64,000 bases of DNA, taken from Eledone cirrhosa. Taxonomy: Eukaryota. The notes beneath the pieces are model-generated. The model saw only the letters and a list, made by a program, of their open reading frames with translations, searched no databases and was not told where the DNA came from. Position 1 is the stretch's first letter; the number at the start of each line of letters is the position of its first letter. Position numbers and translations under genes: made by a program. Of this stretch, positions 16,030-29,575 are shown one piece after another. The stretch spans positions 259,966,001 through 260,030,000 of the forward strand of contig OZ024742.1 of assembly GCA_964016885.1 (NCBI GenBank). Direction: 5' to 3'.

Positions 16030-16220
16030 GGGCGGTGGATTGGCAGTATCGGTAGAGGGTCGGATGCCATGCTTTGACGCATAGAGTTACGGCCCTTGCA
16101 ATTCTGAGTTCAAATCCCGCCGAGGTTAACTTTGCCTTTCATCCTTATGGGGTCGATAAAATAAAGTACCAGTAATACACTGGGTAATTGCTGGCCTTTG
16201 CCAAAAGTAGAAACAATTAT
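16030..16220 (+). mobile_element. SINE family A (tRNA-derived head, cephalopod-type) with (ATT)n tail
   Basis: B-box-like GAGTTCAAATCC, core gaggttaactttgcctttcatcc..ggggtcgataaaataaagtaccag, flanked by ATT repeats. Confidence 0.85.
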
Positions 16221-16822
16221 TATTATTATTATTATTATTATTCATTTATCGATAGTTAATCAATTCTTCTCCATATCTGTCAAGTGATCACCTAAATAAT
16301 GGACAAATCTTAGAAATGAGACAAAGAGTCTACAGTGTGATCAGTTATAAAATTCTTTGTGTAGATTTTCACCTCAATTGTACGCGGGAGAACGCTCTTT
16401 CATTGTGTAATGTATATTGTAATATCATCTAATTTCATCAATTAATCGTCTCTGCTCGTTATTCTTCTTCTATATACCTTCCAAGACATGCGAAAATCTA
16501 TTGATGCAGAACTAATTAACTTTCACTATTAGAATGGTGAATTGGCAGAAGATATTGTAACAAGAAATAGATGATGCCTCGGAAAATAGCTCGGCTCTTA
16601 ATACACCGTCATTTTAAAAGCACGTTGTTCCGTTGATCGAATAGCTAGAACACTCATCGTCGAAACGGACGGAGGTCCATTCCATTCTATTCCATTTCAG
16701 TCACAAATGTATAATTATTGTAAAACCCATTATTTGCACTGACTTTTATGATGTGAACCACTGTCATTGTTGTTTAGTTATAATTTGCAAGTTGTCGACA
16801 TATCATGGTTGAATGTTTAAGG

Positions 16823-17030
16823 CAGTGATTCGTAATCACTGTGCCGCGAGGTCTTCCTAAGTGTGTCGCGAAATTTTGAACGGCACACTAAGAACAAATA
16901 TATTATATATGAAACAGTTAATAAATATATATGAAAAATATTATTTTTCATATATATTTAGCCAGGTGTGCCGCTATGTTTTGATGTGTTCCAAGGTGTG
17001 CCGTTGGCAAAAAAAGGTTGAGAACCATTG
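16823..17030. mobile_element. hAT-type MITE with 8-bp TSD, nested in a family B SINE
   Basis: Imperfect TIRs CAGTGATTC../..GAGAACCATTG; GTTTAAGG duplicated at 16815-16822 and 17031-17038. Confidence 0.85.
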
Positions 17031-17571
17031 GTTTAAGGAGTTGGCTTCGCAGTTGTTAGGTTCCGGGTTGGATCCCACTGCAGAACATCTTAAGAAAGTG
17101 CCACTTACCATAGTCTCGGATACATCTATGCCTTGTGAGTGAAATTGGGTAGACGGAAGCTGTTTGGGAGCCACGGAGTGGACTGTGTTAATAATTCAAA
17201 GGGCCAGTCATATCACACACTGTGTCATGTTGAATCTCCGTGAGAATCATGTTAAAGTTACACGTGTCTGTGGAATTTTGAGTCACACGTTAATTTCATA
17301 ACCAGGCTTGTTGATCGAACAACTGGAAGACTAATTATCGAAAATAACGGAGGTCCATTCTATTTGAAAGTTATTGTATTCTATTTCAAAATATGCAACA
17401 ATTACTAACAAAAGTTTTATAAAAATCGCTCGATATTGTTTTCAATTCTGGTTTTAAAACGTCATAGGAGAGAGGAATAAGTAACATCAAAAACTAGAAT
17501 ATAACTTGCATCAGCAACTTGATTGGCTAGCTTATTGTTGTTAATGTTGCTGTGGTGTGAATGCTGTGATC

Positions 17572-17606
<35 letters not shown>

Positions 17607-17684
17607 CGTATGTGTGTATATAGTACAATAAAACAAGGACGAGTGGTTACTCCTTCATTACGTTTATTGGATGGATAAGTATGT

Positions 17685-17715
<31 letters not shown>

Positions 17716-17716
17716 C

Positions 17717-17771
<55 letters not shown>

Positions 17772-17853
17772 TGTATATATATTTATATATATATATATAT
17801 GTATGCGGGTATATATATATTTATATATATATATATGTATGCGTGTATATATA

Positions 17854-17953
<100 letters not shown>

Positions 17954-17957
17954 TATA

Positions 17958-18147
17958 GGTACGTTATACCGGGTTGAATCGGAGGTAACCACAGTAAGTA
18001 AGGTACTCAATACATAGCAGAGTATAAAAGTTTTAATATAGATGAGATTCTACAGGACTAGAACTGTTTCATTCTTTAGAAATCATCAGGGATTCCTGAT
18101 GATTTCTAAAGAATGAAACAGTTCTAGTCCTGTAGAATCTCATCTAT
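17958..18147 (-). mobile_element. Penelope-like pLTR fragment, family 1, with fold-back palindrome 18038-18147
   Basis: 53-bp perfect arms with a 4-nt loop, hammerhead core, embedded in (TA)n; homologous to the islands at 20521 and 49241. Confidence 0.7.
18089..18141 (+). ncRNA. Type I hammerhead ribozyme motif (family 1)
   Basis: GGGATTC-CTGATGA-tttctaaagaat-GAAA-CAG ttctagtc CTG-TA-GAATCTC: stem I 7 bp, stem III ACAG/CTGT, GUA cleavage triplet; stem II weak. Confidence 0.75.
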
Positions 18148-18160
18148 CTATCTATATATA

Positions 18161-18216
<56 letters not shown>

Positions 18217-18362
18217 CGTGTGTGTGTGTATGTATATATGTATGTGTATATATATATATATGTATGTATATATATATGCGTGCTTATATATATATATGTA
18301 TAAACGTGGTAGAAATTTGTAAAAAAAAATGTCTACAAATTTCATATTTGACGACACAATAT

Positions 18363-18444
<82 letters not shown>

Positions 18445-18506
18445 ATATATATATATATATAAAGAGAAATAGGATTTCGCCTCAAGCAGAGCTTTATACA
18501 ATATGT

Positions 18507-18695
18507 ATAAATATTTCGTATCTCCAAAGAAATACGGTTTTAGCAAGCCATAGCTATGCAAATACCGGGGGGCTAACGCCCTCTGGTGATGACCCCCTTG
18601 CTTCTGCTGGACATCACCAGAGGGCGTTAGTCCCCCGGTATTTGCATAGCTATGGCTTGCTAAAACCGTATTTCTTTGGAGATACGAAATATTTA

Positions 18696-18696
<1 letters not shown>
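18507..18696. repeat. Long inverted repeat (85-bp arms, 20-nt spacer) inside (TA)n
   Basis: 18507-18591 is the reverse complement of 18612-18696 with about one mismatch. Confidence 0.93.
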
Positions 18697-18760
<64 letters not shown>

Positions 18761-19563
18761 CATATATATATAGGTGTGTGTAGGTTTATGTCGAGTATAT
18801 GTGTGTGTATCTGTGTATCTGTGGGAGTATGCGTATATATATGAAGCGTTGAAGTGGTTGTTGTTGAAGCGGATGATAAACACGACAAATACAATACTTC
18901 AGCAAAAAGGAAAAAGAATATGATTACTTCGAATCATAAAAGTATAAAGTTTAATGGTAGCACTCGCAAATGAATACAGTGTTTGTAAAAAAGCTTATGC
19001 GTTGTCTACATGAAGAGGCAGATAATTCTGTGTGTGGTTGAAGTGCTGATGCAAGAATTGCTGTCGAGCCTTTGTCGACAGGGCCGAAGTTTTTTGCTAA
19101 GTGCTACATCTCGCTTCTTGCCTGAGCAATTCAAAATGATGCTTCTCTCCCGAGGAACAAAAGTCGAATTATCTAAAGAAAAACATATTTCATTTAACCT
19201 CAAGCTAGCCAGCCAGCCTCTCCAGACTACAAGCACCAACCGAGAGAAATAGCAGCCAGATGTCATTCAGGAATCAGTATGTACGAAGATATTTCGCTAC
19301 ATTAGTTCCCCATCCAGATCCATGCGGGAGCAGCGATCAACAACAAAAGAAGTAACAAAATGGCAGAACACGACTTTAAAAAAATTGTTGGGGATAGAAA
19401 TTTATGGTAGCTTTAGTTATATGGAGCCATGAGTCGCTCTACATATATTGAAAGAAAAACAAAGTGCATTCCGCAGTGAGTTGGGAATATGTGACTAGAT
19501 TGATGTAAAGCTATCGGCACTGTATGCAATTGCAAGTAGCTTATGGCTACCCATTCGTTTAAA

Positions 19564-19633
<70 letters not shown>

Positions 19634-19779
19634 CATATATATATACACATATATATACATATATATATACACATATATATACATATATATATACATATAT
19701 ATATATATATGTATATATATGTGTATATATATGTATATATATATATGTATATATATATGTATATATATATGTATATATG

Positions 19780-19811
<32 letters not shown>

Positions 19812-19842
19812 TATATACATATATATATACATATATATATAC

Positions 19843-19939
<97 letters not shown>

Positions 19940-19992
19940 TATATATGTATATATATATATTTAAATATATATATATATATATATATATGTAC

Positions 19993-20108
<116 letters not shown>

Positions 20109-20143
20109 ATATATATAATCGCTATTAGCTTTCTCCGATTATG

Positions 20144-20212
<69 letters not shown>

Positions 20213-20284
20213 CATATATATATAAATATATACACATAAGTATAAATATATATACATATATATATATATTTAAATACATACATG

Positions 20285-20363
<79 letters not shown>

Positions 20364-20408
20364 ATGTATATATATATATATAATCGCTATTAGCTTTCTC
20401 CGATTATG

Positions 20409-20445
<37 letters not shown>

Positions 20446-20484
20446 GTACGTGTATATATACAAACACACACACACACATACATT

Positions 20485-20518
<34 letters not shown>

Positions 20519-20520
20519 AG

Positions 20521-20712
20521 AGTCTTGGGTTCAATCGGGTGGTAACCGCAGTAAGTGAGGTACTCAATATATCAGTAGAGTGTAAACATCAAATTTAATA
20601 TAGAAATGGTTTCTACAGGACTTGAACTGTTTCATTGGAAGTAAATCATCAGTCTTTCCTGGTGATTTCCATTGAATGAAACAGTTCTAGTCCTGTAGAA
20701 GCCATTTCTATA
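20521..20712 (-). mobile_element. Family 1 pLTR fold-back island, diverged arms, degenerate hammerhead cores
   Basis: Same ggtaacc.cagtaagt.aggtactcaata block and gaaacagttc.agtcctgtagaa; the + core is mutated to CTGGTGA. Confidence 0.7.
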
Positions 20713-20721
20713 ATAAGTTTG

Positions 20722-20825
<104 letters not shown>

Positions 20826-22260
20826 ACTTGTATATACATACATACCCATGTTTATGTGTTCTGCGTGTGTTTAGATATTATACAAACATATATATATATA
20901 CATTTGTTTGTGATTGTGTTGAATATGACATTATCACCAGTAAAATCTCCAACCTAAAAACAACAACAACCACTACATCAACACTATCAGTATATTGTAT
21001 ATTCAGTCGACAAGTGAGTGTATTATTTATAATTGTAAACACTAGTATCAATGAATGCTGCCGATATTAAAATCAATAGTTCTAGAGTTATATTTCAGAA
21101 GAAACCTATTCAAATTTATTTAACTCTTAATGCTGCCAGACAGAATCCATTTAAAACAATTCTTTTTCCATTTTTCAATATTATTATTTTTGTTGTTGTT
21201 GTTGTTGTCGTCGTCGTCGTCTTCACACAACAAGTTTTAGATTGCTTCGTATGTTTGTTGCTTCTTTTCCTACTTAGAAACGTATTTTGTTGAAATACTC
21301 ATAGTATCTTGTGACTAAACCAACAGGGGTCATACAGAATTGGTTGGCTCTTCATCCTATTTAAACTGAACACGCCTCCCATTGTTTGAGCCTCATTTGA
21401 ATGGTGAGTGAGAGCGACGACCCTAGTTCAAAGTAAATGGGCTTGCTCTGGACATGCGCCTGTAGATTGGAGAAAATTGGGACGGAACAATTGGGACGGA
21501 ACACTTGCCCTAGCAGTCAGGTTGAACGTGGCTTTTTGTGGGCTTTCTCCACGACTGACCCTTCGAGCTCTCCCCCTATTGGGGAGCTTGTTTCATTTAA
21601 TTTATTTTAGTTTTTTATCTCTTTTTTTTACACACAAAAGCCCACACTCTATCGTACTGTGTCATCATTATTGTTTAATGATGACACCGAATAGAATATT
21701 TTCTGGCTTTCATTCCGACTCTGTGCACTGTGAGTTCAAACCTCACTGCGGTCAACTTTGCCTTTCATCCTTTCGAGGTGGATATAAAAAGTACCAGTCA
21801 AATATTGGTGTCATTTCTTGCTCAACCTTTTTCTCTCTCTAAGAAGAGGAAATCGGCTGTGTTCAGACCTGGAGAGAGAATGGGCTCCACCAGGTTTTAA
21901 AAATGCCCAACAAACGCTGCATGACTCTATGGCGCCCCTGCGACTCCACGGGGGGTTATGGGTTAAAAAGGAAAAGATGTGACAAAAAAGAAACCATTAA
22001 TATTACTGTTATTGTTGTTGTTGTTAAAATGGTAAGTGGCAGAAAAGGTAGAAAGGTAGATTAGATTTAATAGTTCCGAATGACTTGTCTGTGTTCCAAA
22101 ATATGTGATCTTTTGCCATGGTTAAAATCTTTCATTTTCTCTTGTGTTTGATAAAATAAGTACTAGTTAGGTACCTTGAACAAGTGTCGTCTACAATAAC
22201 CTTCAGTTCTTTAATGCCTTATGATTGGAATTTGATGGAGGGAAACTGCAGAAGCTCGTA

Positions 22261-22331
<71 letters not shown>

Positions 22332-22342
22332 CGTGTGCGTGT

Positions 22343-22394
<52 letters not shown>

Positions 22395-22404
22395 TGTATA
22401 TATA

Positions 22405-22630
22405 CAGTGTGTCCCAAAAAATGTATACACACTTGGATTACCTGTACAGGAAATATTTATTAGAATGCACAGCCATTCTCCAAAATGAAATGATCTACAG
22501 ACCTAATTCAATTAATTGTATGTAAACACTAAAAAATGTTTACTTAATTTAAATAATGCATATAAAACAGAATTTATTTTAATGTATTTTTTTAAGATTT
22601 TCTTATGTATACCTTTTGATGGGACACCCT
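22405..22630. mobile_element. Tc1/mariner-type MITE
   Basis: TA-CAGTGTGTCCCA...TGGGACACCCT imperfect TIRs. Confidence 0.55.
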
Positions 22631-22790
22631 TATCTAATGAACGAATTCAGACGCCTCTATTAGAATCGTCTGACTTCGTGAAACCTTGGGTAACGGAATA
22701 ATTATATTGTGTTGTTTATTACATAATTAAATAGCTCTGTACTATACATAGAGCACTCTTCTTTCCTATACCTTTTCCACGAAAATACTT

Positions 22791-22859
<69 letters not shown>

Positions 22860-22861
22860 AT

Positions 22862-22927
<66 letters not shown>

Positions 22928-22928
22928 G

Positions 22929-22968
<40 letters not shown>

Positions 22969-23042
22969 ATATATATATGTATATATATATATATAGCCGT
23001 CGAAACGGCTTGAGCTCTGCCGTCGGTGTCTTGAACATTTTC

Positions 23043-23118
<76 letters not shown>

Positions 23119-23231
23119 TAGAAAACGAAAAATCAGTGATGCATGTTTTCTATTCTATCATACTCTGCTCTGTAAGAGCATAGAGTGCTCAACCGGCATA
23201 CCGCCTATGGAAGCATCTTAGCTACCATCAG

Positions 23232-23539
<308 letters not shown>

Positions 23540-23605
23540 TCTATCGATTTCTTTTTTGTCGAACCACTAAGTTATGGACATAAACACATACACAAACATA
23601 AACAC

Positions 23606-23644
<39 letters not shown>

Positions 23645-23647
<3 letters not shown>

Positions 23648-23825
23648 GTGTTTATGTTTGTGTTTGTGTTTATGTCCATAACTTAGTGGTTCGACAAAAA
23701 AGAAATCGATAGAATAAGTACCAGTCTAAAGAAATAAGTACTGGGGTCGATATTATCGATTAAATCAAGTCGTTGCCCAGTATAGATACAGTCTAATGAC
23801 TGAAAACATATGAAAGAAGAAAAGA
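23645..23825 (+). mobile_element. SINE family C, with an inverted partial copy at 23538-23609 across a (TA)n centre
   Basis: cataacttagtggttcgacaaaaaagaaatcgatagaataagtac...ctggggtcgat...aatgactgaaa; the left arm is its reverse complement. Confidence 0.75.
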
Positions 23826-25096
23826 ATACAAATCTTTGCCTTCCACCAACGTAGGAAATGAAAATTGTTGTGAGGAGCAAAGTTGACTTTATATTCCTGA
23901 GGACATCTAATGTTCACTGTTCCAACATTTTCTATATTATTACCGTTTTGGCTTCGCTTCTTATAATATTGGTAAAAAATTGGGTTGAATACATTCATCC
24001 TGAAAGATCTTTATACCCCAGGAATAAATCATTATTATTATTTGAGACATACTAAAAAAACTTTTGTAAGCTTCTCACTAAATTTGTTGTTTGTTTTAAT
24101 AAAGAAACATCTTTGAAAGCTTCCATTCCCTCCCAAGAAGTGACAAGAGGTTATTATTTTCTTGATTGAAAGAAGTTTAAAGAAGTGGAGGGCAGGAGTT
24201 GAAGAAATAACAACGATAGCAACATTGTCAACGGCAGTAGGAATGCTGAAGCCAAGAAATCTTTTGTAGACGCTGCGTGGGGAAAGCGTCAAAACAAACA
24301 GAGTAAGACAATTTATCCATAAATGGAAATGAAAGAATCGAAAAGAAAAATTGCCTTCGCACATATATTCTGAAATGGAAGCAAATAAATCTATGCGTTA
24401 TCTGCGTGGCAATATCAGAATGAAATAGATGTGATTATATAGACATCAATAAGTTTGTTAACTCTTAACGTCCAGTACCAAATTAAACTGCATTAGTATA
24501 AAAGTACAAAGCAGCACGTGGACTGCACCACATTAAACATTGAAGTATTTAATTTAATATTGCAAATCTTCACAACAATCTGTTTATTAATTAGATACTG
24601 TAAACGTTTGAATTAATAAACCTGTTAGATATGTTCTGCTAAATCATAATAGGATGTTAAAGATTTTTGAACAAAAAAATGGTATGGATGACAAAGATAT
24701 TGATGATGAGGATGGGGATGAGGATGCAGTATTGAGGACGGTGATATTGATGATGCCGATGATGATAATGAAGTGGTGGTAATAATTGTGATAATGGACA
24801 GGATGAGGATGAGGCAGATGAGCACTCAGTCCACCATGTAAAGTGGTTGTGCTTGTGCCACGAGTAAATACACCCAGTCTGCACTGTAAATTGGTAGTGC
24901 TAGTATCATAACTAAATACACCCAGCCCATACTGTAAAGTGGTAGTGCTGGTGCCACAATAAAAACACTCAGCTCACATTGTAGTGATAAAATACACACA
25001 GCCCACACTGTAAAATGTCAGCTTAACCAAACTATAAGGTGGAATATTTTAGGGAGAATAGAGTACGTAACTAGGATAAGGGAAGCACGGATTTAA

Positions 25097-25303
25097 CCCT
25101 TTAGCATTCATATTACTCTATATATACTATTGTATTCTTGTGATAAAGGCATTATCTTACATAATTATCTCACATAATATCGAAGCAATAAGATTTTGAT
25201 ATTATTTATTTGGAGAACAATACCTTAACATAAGTATGAGTGGCCAGTTATGGCCGGTTTGACAGAAAGAGGTGAGAGAATTCTAGCTGGATATGCTAAA
25301 GGG
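25097..25303. mobile_element. piggyBac-type (TTAA) MITE
   Basis: TTAA-CCCTTTAGCAT...ATGCTAAAGGG-TTAA. Confidence 0.85.
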
Positions 25304-25621
25304 TTAAGAGTTAGCTGAGGGCGGTAAATAACCAGGTATTGGCACTGCTCATTACTCATCTATAATGTTTGTCTATCTATGAATTTGTCTTTCTTGTAAT
25401 GTCTGTTTACTGAAGTCTGTACTATACTCTTGTCTTGTTTTTGCTGCTAAATGATTGTTTCTGTGCCAGTCTACCTTGTTTCTCTATCATTCAATATTAC
25501 TATCTATCTGTCTTTCTATCTATCTATCTATCTATTTGTCTATTTATCTATCTTTCTATCTATTTGTCTAACTACTGTCCATAATACTCTCTCTTTCCCT
25601 CTCTCCCTCTCTCTCTCTCTC

Positions 25622-25652
<31 letters not shown>

Positions 25653-26000
25653 CTTGCTACCAGGGAGAGCAGATGTTAAGTTATATATATATCCTGTTTG
25701 TCTCTGTAATCCGCTCCACCCAGCAATCTAACCGACATACAGACATCCCATTTAAAAATTTCATTTAGACACATATACATACATACACACGCACATATAC
25801 AGATACATAAGTACATATACACGCAGTCGGAGGTTGTGCATCTGTTTACAGTGTCCACTTTTCAGATCGATTGTAATCTAATTTCCTGCTCATCTTCCCA
25901 TCTAATGCCATTTTCATATACTGTATATATAATTATATATATATACATATACATACATACATACATACATACATACATACATACATACATACATACATAC

Positions 26001-26074
<74 letters not shown>

Positions 26075-26105
26075 TATACATACACACATACATACATATA
26101 TATAC

Positions 26106-26172
<67 letters not shown>

Positions 26173-26371
26173 GGTTTACGAAGTTAGTCGAAGAGAATCC
26201 GCGCACAGCCTCGGCCGTTCCTTAACTCAGAGATATAACAGATATAAGTTTTGTATTTAAGAATATACAATTTAATAACTCAGAGCGCACACTATGCTGT
26301 AATAGTAAGGAAAACGGCAACGTGTGGGTAATGATTGCATATCATATAACCCCAGACTATCGGTATATATA

Positions 26372-26829
26372 TGTAAAGAAGGGTATTAGTAAGAAATGGT
26401 TAGATGAATAACATGGTTGTTAGATGAAATAACAAAAATAAGTGATTTACTTTATATGTAAAAGGTTTACTTCACTTCAGTCAAAAAGAACAATAAACAA
26501 GTTACCATGAGTTGCGAAGGCTGACAATGTTATTTTGTTGTTGGTTCATGAGGCTGGTGTAGTCTGCGACCAGGAGAGAGAGAGTAATGGTCTGTATACC
26601 TCTGCGGCCTGTAGTAGGCGGTGAATCTTTACATAGCTTGTAATATAGAGTACGGCTCCTATCTCTTTGTGTAAAACGTGGGAAAATATAGGCTTTATAT
26701 ACCTGTCGCTTTCTGTCTCCCACCTTGAGAGATCGCCCACGCATGAACCTGTCCATGCCGAAAAGGATGGTGACCAAGAATTTGACTTCTAGGTGTCACC
26801 CAAGGTTCAAGGCGTGGACAAATTTCGCT

Positions 26830-26832
<3 letters not shown>
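26372..26832. mobile_element. Possible solo LTR in (TA)n
   Basis: TGTA...TACA termini, about 460 bp, TA-rich flanks; no clear TSD. Confidence 0.3.
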
Positions 26833-26874
<42 letters not shown>

Positions 26875-26875
<1 letters not shown>

Positions 26876-27027
26876 CGAAGGAGGTGTGGTAAGGAACCAT
26901 ATGAACCATAACGCACGAGAGTACTCAATACTTAGGGTAGTAGAGTGGGTAATAGGAAAAAGTTTAACCTCGACGGCAGAGCTCAAGCCGTCGAAACGGC
27001 TTGAGCTCTGTCGTCGGGGTTAAACTC

Positions 27028-27030
<3 letters not shown>
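26875..27030 (-). mobile_element. pLTR-like island with 31-bp-arm hairpin (26961-27026) containing a hammerhead 3' half; partial copy at 22995-23046
   Basis: GAAA-CGGC ttgagctct G[C/T]CG-TC; shares GTACTCAATAC with family 1. Confidence 0.6.
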
Positions 27031-27069
<39 letters not shown>

Positions 27070-27627
27070 AGATTGCTTGGATGCTTCCATAGGCGATATG
27101 CCGGTTGAGCACTCTATGCTCCTTCAGAGCAGAATATAATAATATGGAAAACGAAGAATCAGTGATGCATCGGAACACAATTTATTACGTATTACAATTG
27201 TTTCTCCGACGAACAGCTCGAGGTGCGATCTGTTTGTGGATCGAATATTCTTTCTCGTATCTTTATTGATACAAATAACTTTCTACTGCTTTAACTGTTC
27301 CGTCATATTTCTTATGAAAGTCACTGTCTTCGGTTTTCAAATTATTTTGAAACTAATCAAAAATTCTAACGCATCTCCCTTGCCATCCTATGGGGAAATG
27401 CTTTCCACATTCTCTCTGCGGAGATCAATTGGTGGCCTGGGCTTGGGCTCTCCCACACCATCTGGGCCCGTATCATTAAAGAAGCGATGGTATAACAGTA
27501 TGAACATCTTTTTCCTCATATGTTCTTTCATTTTGAATATTCAATGGTGTATATACATGGCGCGCTTATGCTTCTCTATTAGCCTCTGATGATAAGACGA
27601 AGCTTCTCATTATTAAGCTGGTGTATA

Positions 27628-27850
27628 AGGGCGGTAGATTGGCAGTATCGGTAGAGGCTCGGACGCCATGCTTTGCAGCATAGAGTTACGACCTTTTATG
27701 ATCTGAGTTTAAATACCGCCGAGGTTAACTTTGCCTTTCATCCTTACGGGGTCGATAAAATAAAGTACCGGTCACGCACTGGGGTCGATTTAATCGACTT
27801 TCTCCTCCCACAAAATTGCTGGCCTTGTGCCTATATAAGAACCATTATTA
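27628..27850 (+). mobile_element. SINE family A with possible TSD attattaagctggtgtat
   Basis: Family A core; the flank cattattaagctggtgtat is repeated at both ends. Confidence 0.85.
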
Positions 27851-28064
27851 AGCTGGTGTATGGAACATAATTTAACAAAAGTTCTTATTTAAAATTATGA
27901 TGGAAGATATTTAAATAAACATAAACAGCCACGCCTCACCTGACGACCCCCTCCTTTAATAACAACTCTCATCAAATGTTTGTTATGTTCCATAATAATG
28001 AGAAAATCATTCCAAGTTTTTTATTATTTTCAAAATTATTTCAGAATTATTTCGTAAGGGTTAA

Positions 28065-28881
28065 CCCTTTTTGATACCAAACCTTCTGAAACCATCCATG
28101 GTTCTATGGTACAAGAATGTTTATTTTAATATGTATACATTTATCTAACAAACTTCCATAATAATTGTTTCTACTTTTGGCACAAGGCCAGCAATTATCC
28201 CAGTGAATTATTGGTGCTTTATTTTATCGACCGCGTAAGGATGAAAGGCAAAATTAACCACGACGGGATTTGAACTCAGAATGACAAGGGCCGTAACTCA
28301 TTGCTGCAAAGCATGGTGTCGACCCTCTACCGATAATAATTGTTTCTACTTTTGGCACAAGGCCAGCAATTAGCCACGTGCATTTCTGGTACTTTATTTT
28401 ATCGACCCTATAAGGATGAAAGACAAAGTTAACATCGGCGGGATTTGAACTCAGACCGTAAAGGTGCGTAACTCTATGTTTCAAAGCATGACGTCGACCC
28501 TCTACTGATATTGCCAATCTACCACCCTTCCACAACAACCTTCCATAATAATTGTTTCTACTTTGGCACAAGGCCAGCAATTGCCCAGTGTATTACTGGT
28601 ACTTTATTTTATCGACCCCGTAAGGATGAAAGGCAAAGTTAACCTCGGCGGGATTTGAACTCAGATCGTAAAGGGACGTAACTATGCTGGAAAGCATGGC
28701 GTCCGACCCTCTACCGATACTGCCAATCCACGGTGCAAGAAGCTTTGTTAAGCTACGTTCCAAACACCAGATTATTAATGAAAAAGTTCGTTATATTACT
28801 AAAGCCCACGAAAATCTTGATTATTTTCCAAATTATTTGAAAATCATATTGTTTTTCATTAGAAATACATTAAGGAAAGGG
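28065..28881. mobile_element. TTAA MITE interrupted by three tandem minus-strand family A SINEs (about 28160-28730)
   Basis: TTAA-CCCTTT...AAAGGG-TTAA; three head-to-tail reverse SINE cores inside. Confidence 0.7.
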
Positions 28882-28985
28882 TTAAAGTCAAATGTCTGTC
28901 TCAACTACAGTCAAGATAGTATTGCTTGGTAAAACAGAACTAAAACCTAATATATACCAAAATATATTAATACACACACTCACAC

Positions 28986-29041
<56 letters not shown>

Positions 29042-29045
<4 letters not shown>

Positions 29046-29293
29046 AACTATCTGGTTGTGGAACCAACCAACCAACCAGAAATTTATAAGTTTGTAGATT
29101 TGTAAATTTATAAATTTATAAATATATAATAAATTGAAGTGAAAGCACTGGTGCGTGTGTTTCTTATTGGCAACATGACCCTCCCAAAGTATAACAATAT
29201 CGGTTTCAACACACGATTTCAGATAAAGAATCTTGCTAAACAAATTCAGAAACGAAATATATTTATATATATATATATTTATATATATATATT

Positions 29294-29345
<52 letters not shown>

Positions 29346-29575
29346 TATATATATATATATTTATATATTAGTTTAGCGAGGTTTTTTATATGAAATCGTG
29401 TGTCGAAACAGATATTTTTGACCGTCGGTCAGTCAATGGCAACATTGAGGACCGAGTAAGTTAGATCGCAGATATAAAAGACAGCGAGAAGCGAAAACCA
29501 ACCAAACAGTGAGTGTGTTCTGTTATTAATTCTGGCAATATTACGCAAATATGACCCTCCCCAAGTATAACAATA
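29042..29575 (+). mobile_element. Penelope-like pLTR fragment, same family as 36190-37700
   Basis: Near-identical to the reverse complement of 36190-36385 (caacatgaccctcccaaagtataacaatatcggtttcaacacacg). Confidence 0.75.

Noticed and set aside
16030-16130. tRNA gene suggested by GTTCAAATCC
   Set aside because: It is the head of a multi-copy SINE; no complete cloverleaf
19006-19266. Overlapping 80-86 aa ORFs in unique-looking sequence
   Set aside because: No recognisable domain or clear splice signals
24203-24325. Neuropeptide-like KKSFVDAAWGKR in a short + frame
   Set aside because: Single motif, stop codon immediately upstream, no convincing splice acceptor or signal peptide; likely chance
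27585-27610. CTGATGA..GAAG possible hammerhead
   Set aside because: Lacks GAAA and stem pairing
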